This document shows positions 35,026 through 47,875 of a DNA stretch of 64,000 nt, piece after piece; positions within the stretch are counted from its first letter, which is position 1, and every line of letters starts with the position of its first letter. This stretch comes from Lama glama (taxonomy: Eukaryota). The stretch spans positions 62,684,001 through 62,748,000 of the forward strand of contig CM052816.1 of assembly GCA_028534125.1 (NCBI GenBank). The letters are read 5' to 3'. The notes below the pieces were generated by a model. The model was not told the DNA's origin and did no database searches. It saw nothing but the letters and a program-made list of their open reading frames with translations. The translations under genes were made by a program, and so were the position numbers.

Positions 35026-38000
35026 TGGAAGAATTCTCAGAGACCTAAATGCGCATTTTTAGTTTATTAATCTTCACACAAGAGGAATATTTTTATCACC
35101 TTTATTACAGAAGCATTTGATTACAGGGCGCTTTTATGGTACATGATGAGAGATGCGTATTTTCTTTTGAGAAACACCGTCATAAATTATGTTTCAGCTA
35201 TATCACTAGTAATCTTGGTCTCCTTTATTAGAAATTATTTCAATAGAGGAAAAAGTTCTAGTTAGAAAAAACTTCATGGTGACTTCTAACAGGATATTGT
35301 GAAATGCTGTTTGAGATCTTTTTATTATTATTATTACTGGAAGTTAGCAAAACAGGTAGAAATTATAGTGAAAATGGCATGTTCAGACCAAAGTTTTATA
35401 TGAATGATAATGAATGACTATTGTTTTTGGATGAGTTTGGGATGGTTTATTATGCAGCAATGGACAAAGAGCTGAGTTTTGCAGGAGTCTGTAATAAAGG
35501 TGTGACAGGTACTTCCTAATCTCAAAGGATGTTATGTTAGCCATTAGTCTTGCTGACTTTCTCCAAAACCTCTGATTGTAGAGAAAGTTCAAATGGGAGA
35601 TGGTATGATGATAGGGTCAGATAGTGAGGGGACAAAAACTACTCCTGCAGTTTCTGGGTTACTGAGAGATCCTGTCTATTTTTTCTTAGATCCAAAGTTG
35701 GTTTCTGGAAATAGGTGAGGTTGGAGGCTACTGGAAGCTGCCACAATATGGACAAAAATGAGTTGCATCTGAGATTGAAGCATCATGTTTGCTGGAGATG
35801 ATGTTAACTCTCACATGGGATGAGAAATGCATTTGAGAGCTGCTTGTGATATAGAACCCATGCAGACAGTGGGCTGAATAAGAGTTAATAACCAATGGAA
35901 AGGGGACAACCACCTTACACCATGTATACATGATGCTTGTGTAAGGAAATGGCAATTACAGCCACAAGAAAGGACAGGCAACTGAACAAGAGCTATTTTC
36001 CTTCTCTGCTACAATGCCAGAGAGACAAGCCCAGGAAACAAGGAGAGGGGCTCTAAGAAAAATCCTGCCGTGTTTACCTCCATCTTAGCCCAAGTTTTGT
36101 GAGTGAGAAGGTTAGCAAGACCAATAAACTGGTATTGGTAGACAGGATGAGGAAAGTTCCGAGTCAAATAAGAAATTAAAATATTATCTGGACTAAACTG
36201 TTTTAATAACTGAAAGTACCCCAAAAGTGATCAAAGGTTTCTAAGTTTTTGTTAATGAAGCTCACTATGAAAGATAAAAAGAAATTCTCAAAGCATCATG
36301 GGTAGCAATTCCTGGAAAAATTAAAATGTTTTGTGTTTGTATTAAAATAAATTGAGATTCTTCAAATTAATACATTTTGATTAAATTGACTTAGTAGTCT
36401 GAAACAGATCTGTTCCTGAAATTGTTCAGCATAATTTTAGGGATTTGACAAAATGATCTAGTTCTTTCCTTAAAAAAAAATCAGTTTGGAAAAATCTGAG
36501 TCATGTTTAGTCAGTCACTTCGAGAGAGAGAGTGAGCAAGAAATCTAATTAGGAATAGCTGAGGCATACAGGGTTCTCATCTGTTATGAAGGAATAAGGC
36601 TGCTTAGTTGTAACCAAGGGCCATGCTAGGATGCCATGGTGTGTTTCAGAGGAGGCATTAGCTCCTAGAGTAATATCTAAACTAATTGCCCTGGAAAAAA
36701 AATTCCTTCCAAGTGACTATTGCAGACTTAATTACTACTCTGAAAAGTGCTAAACTAGAACTGGTAGGAATTGATTTATTTATTTAACATTTCAGAGTAA
36801 ATTGCAATTACATTATTTAGGAAAAAAAAAGTAAAGTTCTGAGGCAACTTGTAAGAAGATGAATGTTGCATCCAGGTAAAACTGAAGCTTTGGGTCTATT
36901 TAGAATTACTGTGAAGCTCAGGCTTATGCATAAGGAATAGCCACTTTCTTTTTTACAAATATTTGGTTTCTTATAAATAAATATTGTTGTCTGAAGCCTC
37001 AGAGAGTGGAATGATAGCTCTCTGACACTAACTGGTGTTGGTAGCAGAAAAAAAGATGCAAAGAAAGCCTTGAATGGATTGGAAGGGTTGATGTGGGAAG
37101 AAAATGGGGTCACCACATTTTGAGCCAAAAGTACTAGTCCTGATAGAAACAGCAGTTATGAACTGTGCCCTGTGTGACTCCAAGTGGTCTTCTGATTCAA
37201 GAAAACTTATTATAGGCATATTTCAAATGAACAAGAGAACTGTTAAAGTTGGCATGTTGTTTTAAGGAAAAGGACAAATATTGGCCTTGTATTCTCCATC
37301 CACCTGAAGATGTAGGAACATACAGTCTAGCAACTATTTAGTACAAATTTTCTACACTAGATCTTTACATTTATTTTCTTCATTATTATTTGCAGTGAAG
37401 AGTTTTTGAGTCTTTTCTATTGAAGTCAAGTTTGCAGGTACAAGGCTTGGGAAGTAAGAGATATGGGATTCCTGAAACTTTGTTTCTTTTTTCTAGCTTT
37501 GATAGTAAATCTAACCACAGAATTACAGTCCACACCACCAAAATTAGGCTGAAGGGCATAGCAGTTTACAGTTCTCTGCTTGTAGTGAGCTAAATCAATT
37601 GGCTTGAACAGAAACAAAAAATGACTTCAGTTAAGCTTAAGGTCATTTTCTACAAGTCCTCATTGTATACAGAATTTGTTTCCCTAAAGAAAAGTGTTCT
37701 TTTAAGTGAAAACCCAATGTGTATGTTTTCCTGTTACATAGTTATAAAGGCTTTAAGCTGTGTTACTCAAAGCTGTTCCACCATGTGACCATCTCCCTAG
37801 GGCATTCTTAGTTAAGAACTAGATTTTTTGAAACTTGAAAATACATTGTTACAAACATATTTGTAGGCACTTCAGTGAAACGATGAAACTTCAAACCAAA
37901 TGAGGAAAAAAAAATGTACTAAGGGATAGATTCATTCTATGACTGAGGAAGCCACTATTTTAAATTCTCTTTTGCTAAGTTTTTTAGAATGCTGATAACC

Positions 38001-38646
38001 CAAATATATAAATCCATCATTAATCTTAATGAAGCTAATCTAGTGGCATTAAAGGCAAAACAAAAAAATGATAGGTCCATATTCTTTGTCTGGCAAAACT
38101 TTCAAAAGAGGTAATGTAGTATATGAAATGAGAGTCTGCTGCGCTGAAGCAGTACATGCATAACATTGTTCAAGCCTTAAATAAGACAGTAGTACAGTAG
38201 GTCTGGCAGTTATTCTTACCAAAAGTCTCTGTTAATGAAAGTTCTACCTCCTTCAAGGTCAAATGCTATTTCTTCCTCTACTGAACTGGAATTTCTATGG
38301 GTCTTTTTTACCTGTAGTAATTAACAAATGTTCTTCAGTGATCTGACACTTAGTCCATGACCTGAAAGAGCCTAGACTGGTTAGAGAGACAGGGCACAAA
38401 GGCAGACATGGGGAGTCGTGGGATGATAGCCAGTTTAGCATGGATAATAAGACAGCAGGGATGTCGAGTAAGCTCACGGTGAATTGCAGTGTTCAAGGAA
38501 ATTAGATCTTAGGTTAGATGGGAAAAGATTTCTGTGAGCAAAAAGAAAAATGAAGGTATATTACAGATGGGGGTGCACAATGGGGCAAAAAGGAGTGGAA
38601 AAGTTTCAGAGAAATAGTAATTTCACTCGTCTTTTCAGAGGACTGT

Positions 38647-39027
38647 TGTATCAGTCTCCTGGGCTGCAGTAACAGGAAACCACGGACTGAGAATGGCTTA
38701 AATCACAGAAATTTGTTTTCTGCCAGTTCTGGAGGCTGGAAATCCAAGAGGAAGGTGTCAGCTGGGTTAGTCTTTGGTGAGCCCTGTCTTCCCGGCGTGC
38801 AGATAGCCACCTTCCTGCTGAACCCTCACTCAGCCTCTCCTCTGTGTCTGCACACGCTAGTATCTCTTCCTCGTCTTTTAAGGACAGAAGGACGTGTGGA
38901 TTAGGGCCCCACCTCTATGACCTCATTTAATCTTAATTTCTTAAAGGCCCTATCTCTAAATATAATAACATTGAGAGTGAGGACTTAAACACATGAATTT
39001 GGGGGGGGCAAAATTCAGTCTATTACA
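38647..39027 (-). mobile_element. Complete MLT1A/B-type MaLR solo LTR with 5-bp TSD
   Basis: TG...CA termini. 'cagttctggaggctggaaatccaag', 'ggattagggcccacc...atgacctcatttaa'. ACTGT at 38642-38646 and 39028-39032. Confidence 0.92.
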
Positions 39028-39230
39028 ACTGTAAAGGTGACTACAACACTTGAAAGGTGAATTAGGCCAAGACTGTCAGGGAAATTGCTGAGGCAATATT
39101 TCCCATCTAGCGTTTCCTGACGGAACATTCATAACCAAGTTATTCATACATGGGACTCTTAGGGTTGGATGATTCAGGGCAGATTAGTTGGCTTTCCACC
39201 CCTTCTCCTTTTCTCTCCACCTTTGTCTTC

Positions 39231-39358
39231 AAAAAAAAAAAAAGAATGAAAAAAATATATATATGTGTGCATGTATATGTATAACAATTGCTCTGCTGTA
39301 CACATGAAACTAACATTGTAAATTGCTACACTTTAATAAAAACTAAGAATTTTAAAAA
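39231..39358 (+). mobile_element. LINE-1 extreme 3' end
   Basis: 'tgctgtacacatgaaactaacattgtaaatt...ctttaataaaa'. Confidence 0.7.
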
Positions 39359-39739
39359 CATAGGAGAGTGATCTCTTGGAGAGCATCTTGATTCTGTTTG
39401 GATTTACTTAAAAGAAACCCATTTTCAGTAGAGATAGAAGTAGTACAATGTTAATACGTACAGTTTTCTCTTACGTGACTTTGCGAGGGAGGTGATGTGT
39501 TCTTACAGTTTAGCTCCTGAACCCTGACTGTACTCTAGTTTGGGAGGAGGGCTGATTGGAAGACAGTTGGGGCAATGACTGTGCATGTGTGTTGGCTGTC
39601 TCCTACGGCGGGCTGCTCACCACAGCCTAAGTGAGCACATACCCTCCTTATGGGCAGGTGTGTCTGTGTGACTGAAACAATTCAAACAAAACCACCAAGC
39701 ACTACTTTAGGCCCTGAAATCCTCTCATGCTCCCCGATC

Positions 39740-39945
39740 TAAAGTCCACCGAAGGAAAAACGAATCTATGGCAGTAGAAGTCCAGTGGGGTTGCCTTTGG
39801 GTCAGAGGGAAGAGGTGGTGTTTAGAGGATGAGATGAGGATTCTTGATGCTCTTCTTTGACCTGAGTAGTGGTTACTTGGGGGATAATTCATGTATGCTT
39901 TACAAATTTACCTGTTTTATGTCAGTGAAAAAAAATTTAAAAAAA
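39740..39945 (+). mobile_element. Ancient L1ME-like 3' end
   Basis: 'aatctatggcagtagaagtc...ggttgcctttggg...ttgacctgagtagtggttac' plus an A tail. Confidence 0.65.
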
Positions 39946-40159
39946 CCCTATTTCATAGCCTCTTTCCATGTTTTCACTTCTTTTGGAGGGTTGTGATATA
40001 AAGGATATTTAGAATGAGCTGGAGAAGCACTTGTTGAAGATGGCAGTCTTCACCAGCCTGGCTTCTGAGAGCTGCCCACCTATCTGCTCACCTACACACT
40101 AGAGTGGGTTTGAACCATTTCTCACTTTTCTGTTTCTTGAAGTCACTAGCATTGCTTCA

Positions 40160-40650
40160 CGTCATCTGTTCTCCCCCTTCTGCTTTCAACAATATTCCCA
40201 TCTTCCCATATGAATCTACCTATTTCTCATTTTTGGCCATATGGTGCCCTAGAATTGACCCTACCTCCATTTCCAAGCAATGATCCTCATTAGATTCAAC
40301 TAACCAATATATTGAATCCTACTGTCCACTGTAAAGGGCTGGGCATAAAACCTAATGCAATGAGATACATTGAAATTTGCAGAAACTTGCTGGGGTTTCT
40401 GTGATCATAAGCTTCTTTGGCTCCCAGAGGAACTAAAGGAAGAGACTTTCTTCCTCTAAACCTAGGGATCTTATGATCTTAGGATTTGGTGCTTCAGGTG
40501 ACTGCAGTATCCTGCCATCAGGAGCCTGCCATCCTGCCTCAGGCTGAAGTTGGCACATAGAGGTTGAGCTCAAAAATAGATCTGACAATCTAGTTTGAGC
40601 TGTGCCTGAAACACTGGGGAGACTTTTTGTTTTCATATAGTCAAGAGGTC
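40160..40650 (+). mobile_element. Old ERVL/MaLR-type LTR (LTR16/MLT1-like)
   Basis: 'aatgcaatgagatac...ttgctgggg', 'gctgtgcctgaa...gactttt...atatagtcaa'. Confidence 0.5.
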
Positions 40651-41454
40651 CTTCAAGTTGTCATATACCTTGGTAAATTTAACTAAATGTTGGTACTTAC
40701 TCTTTCATAAGTATATATTAACTACCTCCTCTGTGCCAGCATTTATAGTATCCTTTGACCTCAGTTGCTTCATCTATAAAAATAGGGTTATCCAAAGGCA
40801 CTAGGCTGAGCCGGAACGTATCTTGTGGTCCTTCTAACTCAGGTTTCAGTGTTCTTATTTTTGATTGGCTTCATATAACATGACTTTCATTATTTGTTTA
40901 ATTATTTTAACATACATTTATTGCAGCAAGCCTATGCTCCAGGTTTCCATTTCTTCCTCTTAAAACCCAAGCATTTTATCTTCCATTTTATCCTCTCATC
41001 TCTTTCCTATAGACAGTACACATCAGTAATGCCACATCATTAATTTTCTGCCACATCAGTGTTTTTTTAAGTAAGATCTTCTTCTCATTTATGCTATTGG
41101 AAAACATTTTATAAAACCATGGTTTAAAATGTATAGTTTATCTTTAAAATGTTTCCTTGATTCTTTTCTACATCAACCCAATTAAAATAAATGTTTAATT
41201 ATTGTTGAGTGATTGGTAGAAAGTTCTCTGAAGATAATTATCTATGTCATATAATCAATATCTATGTCATGACTCTGTAGTCATGAAACTTCAAGTTTCA
41301 TCCTGTTTGGATGAAACATAGAACTTGGAACAAATTTCCCTGACTGATGTCTTTTCACCTAGATTAAGATAATCATAAAACTTGTATTCTCCACTTAACA
41401 GTTATTTTCTAAATTATAATTTTAGTTTTACTGTCCAAAATTCTCTGAATGAAG

Positions 41455-41620
41455 GCAAGACAACAGTGTGATGCAATGAGGAGAAATTAGGAGGTAGACA
41501 AATTATGGTTCAGGCTTTGCCACTAATTTGTAGTATCAGATAACTTACCCTTCCTGGATCTCAGTTTTTCTGTTGTAGAAAGCAGACAATCTGCAGGAAC
41601 ATTTCCATGACTAACAACCT
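41455..41620 (+). mobile_element. MIR fragment
   Basis: 'ggctttgccactaatttg...acttacccttcctggatctcagttttt'. Confidence 0.6.
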
Positions 41621-41839
41621 GTGGATAAAGACTAGTGTGAATGTGGGTTAGAATTCATCCTCCTGATAAAAAGTATATACTTTCTGCATCTAAGGGGCAT
41701 AGTCTGCACACCGCTCAGCCTCAGTGAATAAACACAGGCAATTTCGTGAAATCATTGTATTACCTATTGTGGTCTTTGACAAGACGGCATGTGTTTCTCA
41801 GGATAAAATACAACTACTGGGAACTAAGAAGGCTTAGTT

Positions 41840-41945
41840 TAGTTATGTCAGATGATCTGGATTCATGTCCTAATTCTGCTGCTTACAAAGTTTGTGATTT
41901 GGGGCAGCGTATGCTATTTTGGCTATTGTTTCCAAACCTGGGGAG
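41840..41945 (+). mobile_element. MIR fragment
   Basis: 'tctggattcatgtcctaattctgctgcttac...tgtgatttggggca'. Confidence 0.55.
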
Positions 41946-43699
41946 AAAAACAAAACCCAACCAAAATTTGATTCCTTGTTTAAATATTATTGTTACTCAG
42001 TGATAAAACTATAAATGAGTCCTTTGCTCCCTGTGTAACTGTGCTTAAACCCATGGCAGAGGCTTTAGTCTTCAGTATTGGCACATGGAAACAGAAAAGA
42101 TGTCACAGGTCATGCAAAGTTTTCCCACCTTGGAGGCACTTTGCTCAGGATGTTTTGCTATTGTCTCTTACTGGAATAACACTGAATCCAGCAAATGGCT
42201 GGTTCTTCCCTCTCTTGAAGGCCAAGGCTAGTTCTTTATCTCAGAGATACTTGAATTCATTTTGAGTATTTTTATGTATTCTACAATTCTCTTTATTTAA
42301 AGACAAAAATCTGATCTTCTTAAGGCCTCTGTCTTTAATCAACTCTGTTCAAATGCCTTTAAAATCTTTTTAGTCTGTAAGCTTTATTTCCTCCATGGAG
42401 GATTTTTTAATTTGTTTTGGCAACCTGCAATTCTCTTGGACCTTAAGGAGAGACTAGGGCCATTATTTTTAAATGGTATTTTTGAACTGTACAAATACAT
42501 AAGTACTCCTGTTGCTTCTGTGCACAAAAGAAGGTATTCTGTTAAATGATTGGAGTTGCTCTTTTTATGCCAATTTGAGCACAGAATTATTGGAATGAAT
42601 TTATCAGCCCCTGAACACCCACTGTGGGTTATAACAGGCTGCTTCTGCAAATGAGATGTTGCATCCCAATGAGTAAACACATTTCAAAATGAATAGGAAA
42701 TCTGTTTCAAGGATTTTTCTGACTTTATTCAATAAAGTTGATTACCGAATTCACTAATGTCTTAATATGAAGAGTACTATATGAAATTGTACAAAAATAT
42801 TATTTATTACAGAAATAGGATGAACACAGCAAACATTAAAAATATAATTAGTGAGCCTGAATTTGGTGAGGTAAAACAAGATTTTAAGGTAATAGGCATG
42901 TTCAGTGGGAAAAAAAACTGCTTCAATTATAATTGTTGTGTTAAATTATTTATATCATATTGATATTTAAAATATTTAAATTCATTTTCAAAAACAAAGT
43001 TTTTACTCTTTTACCCAGAAACAGCCTGGAAAACTTAACTGAAACAGCTGATGCAGTGGTAACAGCAGACTTTAGTATAAATGTCAACAAGAGAAAAGAG
43101 GATTATTTTTATTGGTATGCTGCTTTGTTTTTCTGTCTGTTTTGTTTTGGTTTGGGTTTTTTTGTTTGTTTGTTTGTTTCTCTTTTGGAGGGAAAAATTT
43201 GACTCTAAGAAAGGAAATTGTCTCAAAGGAAGAACCAAAAGAAATGATATTTCTCCAAAGAGTGTCAGGGGACTAGACTGACAACTCTGATAAACATGCA
43301 AGAAAGCAGGTTAATTTGAGAGTGTGGCTCTTGATATAATAAATAGCAAGGTTATATGATAATATCATTGAGACATTAAAACATTTAATTTTTTTATGAA
43401 CCAGGATGAAATAAAGACGTGCCCAGGCTAATAAAGAAGATCAAAAGCAGGATTTTTGCAATCAAGTTTAATTGTACAACAAATATTTGGATACCTTTTA
43501 CAAGCCAGTGTCTGTATTAAATTCTGTGGATACAACTGGAAAGAAAACATACTCAGACTTCAAGAATCTTCTATAAAGAAATAGTAAATCAGACTAATAT
43601 CAGATTTCTTATTAAAATCACTGTAGGCTCAAAAATTTAAAAAAAGTTATCTCTTTTAAGTTCTGAGAAAATAAAATTATTTTGCCTCCAAAAAATGCC

Positions 43700-44110
43700 C
43701 ACAAGTGAGCTTTAGCTCATTACATTTGCATCAGGGCTGGCAGAAGTGATGCTGCATCACATTTGAGGCTGTATCACAAGTCCTCCAGCTTCTACCTTGG
43801 TTCCTTAAAGACTGACTCTGGGTGAAGCCAGTAGCCACATCGTAAGTGCAGCTACCCCACAATGCTCATGACGTAAGGGAACTCAGGTCAGCCATGTGGA
43901 GAGGACACATGAAAAGAGAGCATGATGAGCATCTCCAAGCAGCTACAACTATCCCAGCCCAGCCTCTGGACGTGAAAGTGAAGTGGCCACCTAGGACATT
44001 CCAACACCAGTAGCCAGCAGGGAGAGAGGAACCAAGACCCCATATATATGGCCCTAGATAAGCTTTTTAAGAAATCTCCAGCCATTTGAGCCACCCTAGC
44101 TGAGGTGGTA
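43700..44110 (+). mobile_element. MLT1 (F/G/H-like) MaLR LTR
   Basis: 'ggcagaagtgatgctg...ctctgggtgaagccag...gccatgtggagaggacacatg...ccagccatttgagcca'. Confidence 0.75.
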
Positions 44111-47100
44111 AGCATCCTTGTTTTTTCATGATTAATATCTAAGTATATCAGAAATAATTCATCTTTAGGAATATTTGCTATGAAAGTTTTTGGTGATGTG
44201 TCTTCATCAGATTAGCAATATAAACTTCTGTTCCTAGTTTATTGAGAACATGGAAGGATGCTGAAATCATGGCATGTTCTTTCTTCAGCCATCACAATTC
44301 TTATTCTTAGTTGTAGAATTATCTAGGGAAATGGGAAATACAACAAATTCTGATTGAATTCTTTAGCTCTTTTTAATTTACTTGAAGTTCTAATACCCTA
44401 TACAAAAACAAGTTGTCTTAAACAATTTATATCGAAACAGTTTAGAGAAACAATAAAGAGGAGGCTGTTGAAGCTGGAGGATATTTGCACTTAGAGAAGA
44501 GAAACGATTTAATGAACTAACCATCTTCATATTTTAAAAATAAATTTCAATCAGATATTTGAAGGCATACTATGCTTATTGGACAAAATTTTTTTCAGAG
44601 AAGTCAGGTTTTTATTTCAGGGGCTATTTATTTAGCACTTTGAGGTGTTACATTAAACTTACAGGTTTCTTTCAACTTGGCTGGATACTTGAAAGACAAA
44701 CTCACTCTTGAAGCCAGTGACTTGATCTCTTCCTTTCATTCGTCCTATTTGGCAGTTCACCACTCTGTTACCCTCTAGAGTTGCCAGTGTCAGATTTGAG
44801 TTAGATAATAATTCCATTTTGATTTCTCTTTGGCAGAAAGATAAAAATGAGTTAAATTTCATACAATATTCATTAGAAAATAGTGAATAATCTTTAACTT
44901 TATATTTTGTTAAAATATAATTGATACATAACATTGTGTATGTTTAAAATGTACAATGTATTGACTTAATACACTTATTTATTGCAACAGGATTATCTCC
45001 TAGTGCTAGCTAACTCTTCTATCATGTCACATAATTATAATCTTATTTGTGGTGAGAACAATTAAGATCTATTTTATTAGCAGCTTTGACATTTATAATA
45101 CAGTATTACTATGCTATACTTTAGGGATCCAGGACTTTTTATTTACTAGTTACAAGTTCACACCCTTAAATAGCATCCCCTAGTTCCCCTATGCCAGCTG
45201 CTGATAACTACCATTCTACTCTGTTTTGTGAAATCAGCTCTTTTAGATTCTGCATATAAGTGCTTCCATACAGAATTTGCTTTTCTCTTTCTGACTTGTG
45301 TCTGACTTAACATAATGCCCTCAAGATCCATCCATGTTGTTGGAAACGTCAGAGTTTCCTTTCACATGGCTGAATAATATTCCACTTTGTATATATACCA
45401 CATCTTTATCCATTCATCCATCAATGAGCACTTAGGTTGTTTCCATATTTTGGCATCTATGAATAATGCTGCAATAAACATAGAAGTCCAGATATGTTTT
45501 TAGTATCCTGTTTTCATTTCCTTTGAATATATATATATATCCAGAAGTAGAATTATTGGATCATATGGTAGTTCTATTTTTAGTTTTTTGAGGAACATCC
45601 ATACTGTTTTCCATAGTGGCTGCACTGATTTTCATTCCTATTAACAGTGTACCAGGGTTCCCTCTTCTCCACATCTTTGCCAATACTTGTTACCTCTTGT
45701 CTTCTTGAGGATACCTGTTCTAACAGGTGAAAAATGGAATCTCATTGTGGTTTTGATTTGCATTTCCCTGATGATTAGTGATGTTGAGCCTCTTTTTATG
45801 TACCTGTTGGCCATCCAGATGTCTTCTTGGGAGAAATGTCTCTTTAGTTCCTATGCCTATTTTAAAATTGGATTGTTTGTTTGTTGTTGTTTTTACATTG
45901 AGTTGCATGAGTTTCTTATATGCTTTGGATATTAATTGCTTATCCAATACATGATTTCCAAATATTTTCTCCCATTCTGTAGATTGCTTTTTCATTTTGT
46001 TGATTGTTTCTTCTGCTGTGCAGAAGCTTTATGGGCTAATGTAGTCTCACTTGTGTTTTGCCTTTTTTGCTTTTGGTGTCATTCCAAAAAAAGCATTGCC
46101 AAGACCAATGTCAAGGAGATTCTTCCCTTTCTTTTCTTCTAGGAGTTTTACAATCTCAAGACTTACGCTTAACTATTTAGTCCATTTTGAGTTAATTATT
46201 GTGAGTGGTGTAAAATCAGGACCATATTTATTTTTCTGCATATGGTTATCCAGTTTTCCCAACAGAATTTTTGAAGACACTGTTAGCTCCCTATTGAGAA
46301 TTCTTGGCTTCCTTTTCAACTATCAATTGACCATATATACAGGACTCTATTTCTGGGGTCAAAATTCTGTTCTGTTGGTCCATGTGTCTATTTTTATAGC
46401 AGTACCATACTGTTTTAATTACTATAGCTTTGTAGTATAGTTTTAAATCAGGACTTGTGATGTTGCTAGCTTTGTTCATTCCTAGGATTGATTTGGCTAT
46501 TTGTTGTTTTTTGTTTGTTTGTTTGTTTTTTGGTTTTTTTTTTTTGGTGATGGTACCATACAAATTTTAGAATTGTTTTTTCTTTTTCTGTGAAAAATGC
46601 CACTAAAATTTTGATTGGAGTTGCATTGAATTTATAGATGGCTTTGGATAGTATGGACATTTTAAGAATGTCAGTTCTTCCAATCCATGAATATGAGCTG
46701 TCTTTAATTTTTTATATATTCTTTAATTTTTTTTAAGACTTGCAGTCTTCATTGTATCAATCTTTCACTTCCTTGGTTAAATTTATTGCTAAGTATTTTA
46801 TTGTTTTTGATGCTATTGTGAATTAGTTTTTTAAATTTCTTTTTCAGATATTTTATTGTTAGTGTATAGAAAGACAATTGATCTTGATTTTGTATCTTGC
46901 AACTATACTAATTTTGTTGATTAGTTCAAACCTTTGATGATCTGTAGGATTTTCTATATATGCTATCATATTACCAGCAAATAAAGGCACTTTTATTTAC
47001 TTATTTGCAATTTGGATGCCTTTTATTTTTTATCTTGCTTTGTTGCTGTAGCTAAGATTTCTGGTGCTATGTTAAATAAGAGTAGAGAGAGTGGGCACCC

Positions 47101-47875
47101 TTGTCTTGTTCCTGATCTTAGAGGAAAAGTCTTCAACCTTTCACCAATAAGTATAATGTTAGCTGTGGGATTGTTCATATATGGTATTTATTATGTAAAG
47201 TCATGTTCTTTGTACACCCAGTTTGTTGAGGGTTTTTATGAGAAAACAATGTTATTTTTTTCAAGTGCTTTTTCTTCATCTATTGAGATGATTATGTGAT
47301 TTTTACTTTTCAGTCTATTAATGTAATGTATCACATTTATTGATCTGCATCTTGAGTCACCCTTGCAACCAGGGGTAAATCCCACTTGCTCATGGTGTAT
47401 GATACATTAAATGTGTTTTTGAATTTGATTTGCTGATATTTTGTGGAGAATTTTTGCATCTATATTCATTAGGGATATTGGTCTGTAGTTTTCTTATGTA
47501 TTTCCTATCTGGTTTTGGTATCAGGTTAATGCTGACCACATAAAATGAGTTCGGGAGTGTTCCCTCCTTTTTAATATTTTGGAAGATATTGAGATCATTG
47601 GCATTAATTCTTTAAATGTTTGGTAGAATTCACCTGTGAAACCATCTGGTCCTTGCGTTTTTTCTACTGGGAAGGTTTTCATTACTGACTCAAAAACCTT
47701 ACTTGTTATTGGTCTATTGAGATTTTGATTTTTCATGACTCAGTCCTAGTAGGTTGTATGAGTCTAAGAATTTATCCATTTACCATAGGTTCTCTAGTTT
47801 CTTGGCATGTAATTTGTATAGTAATCTCTTATAATCCTATGTATCTGGGATGTCAGTTGTAATGTCTCCTCTTTC

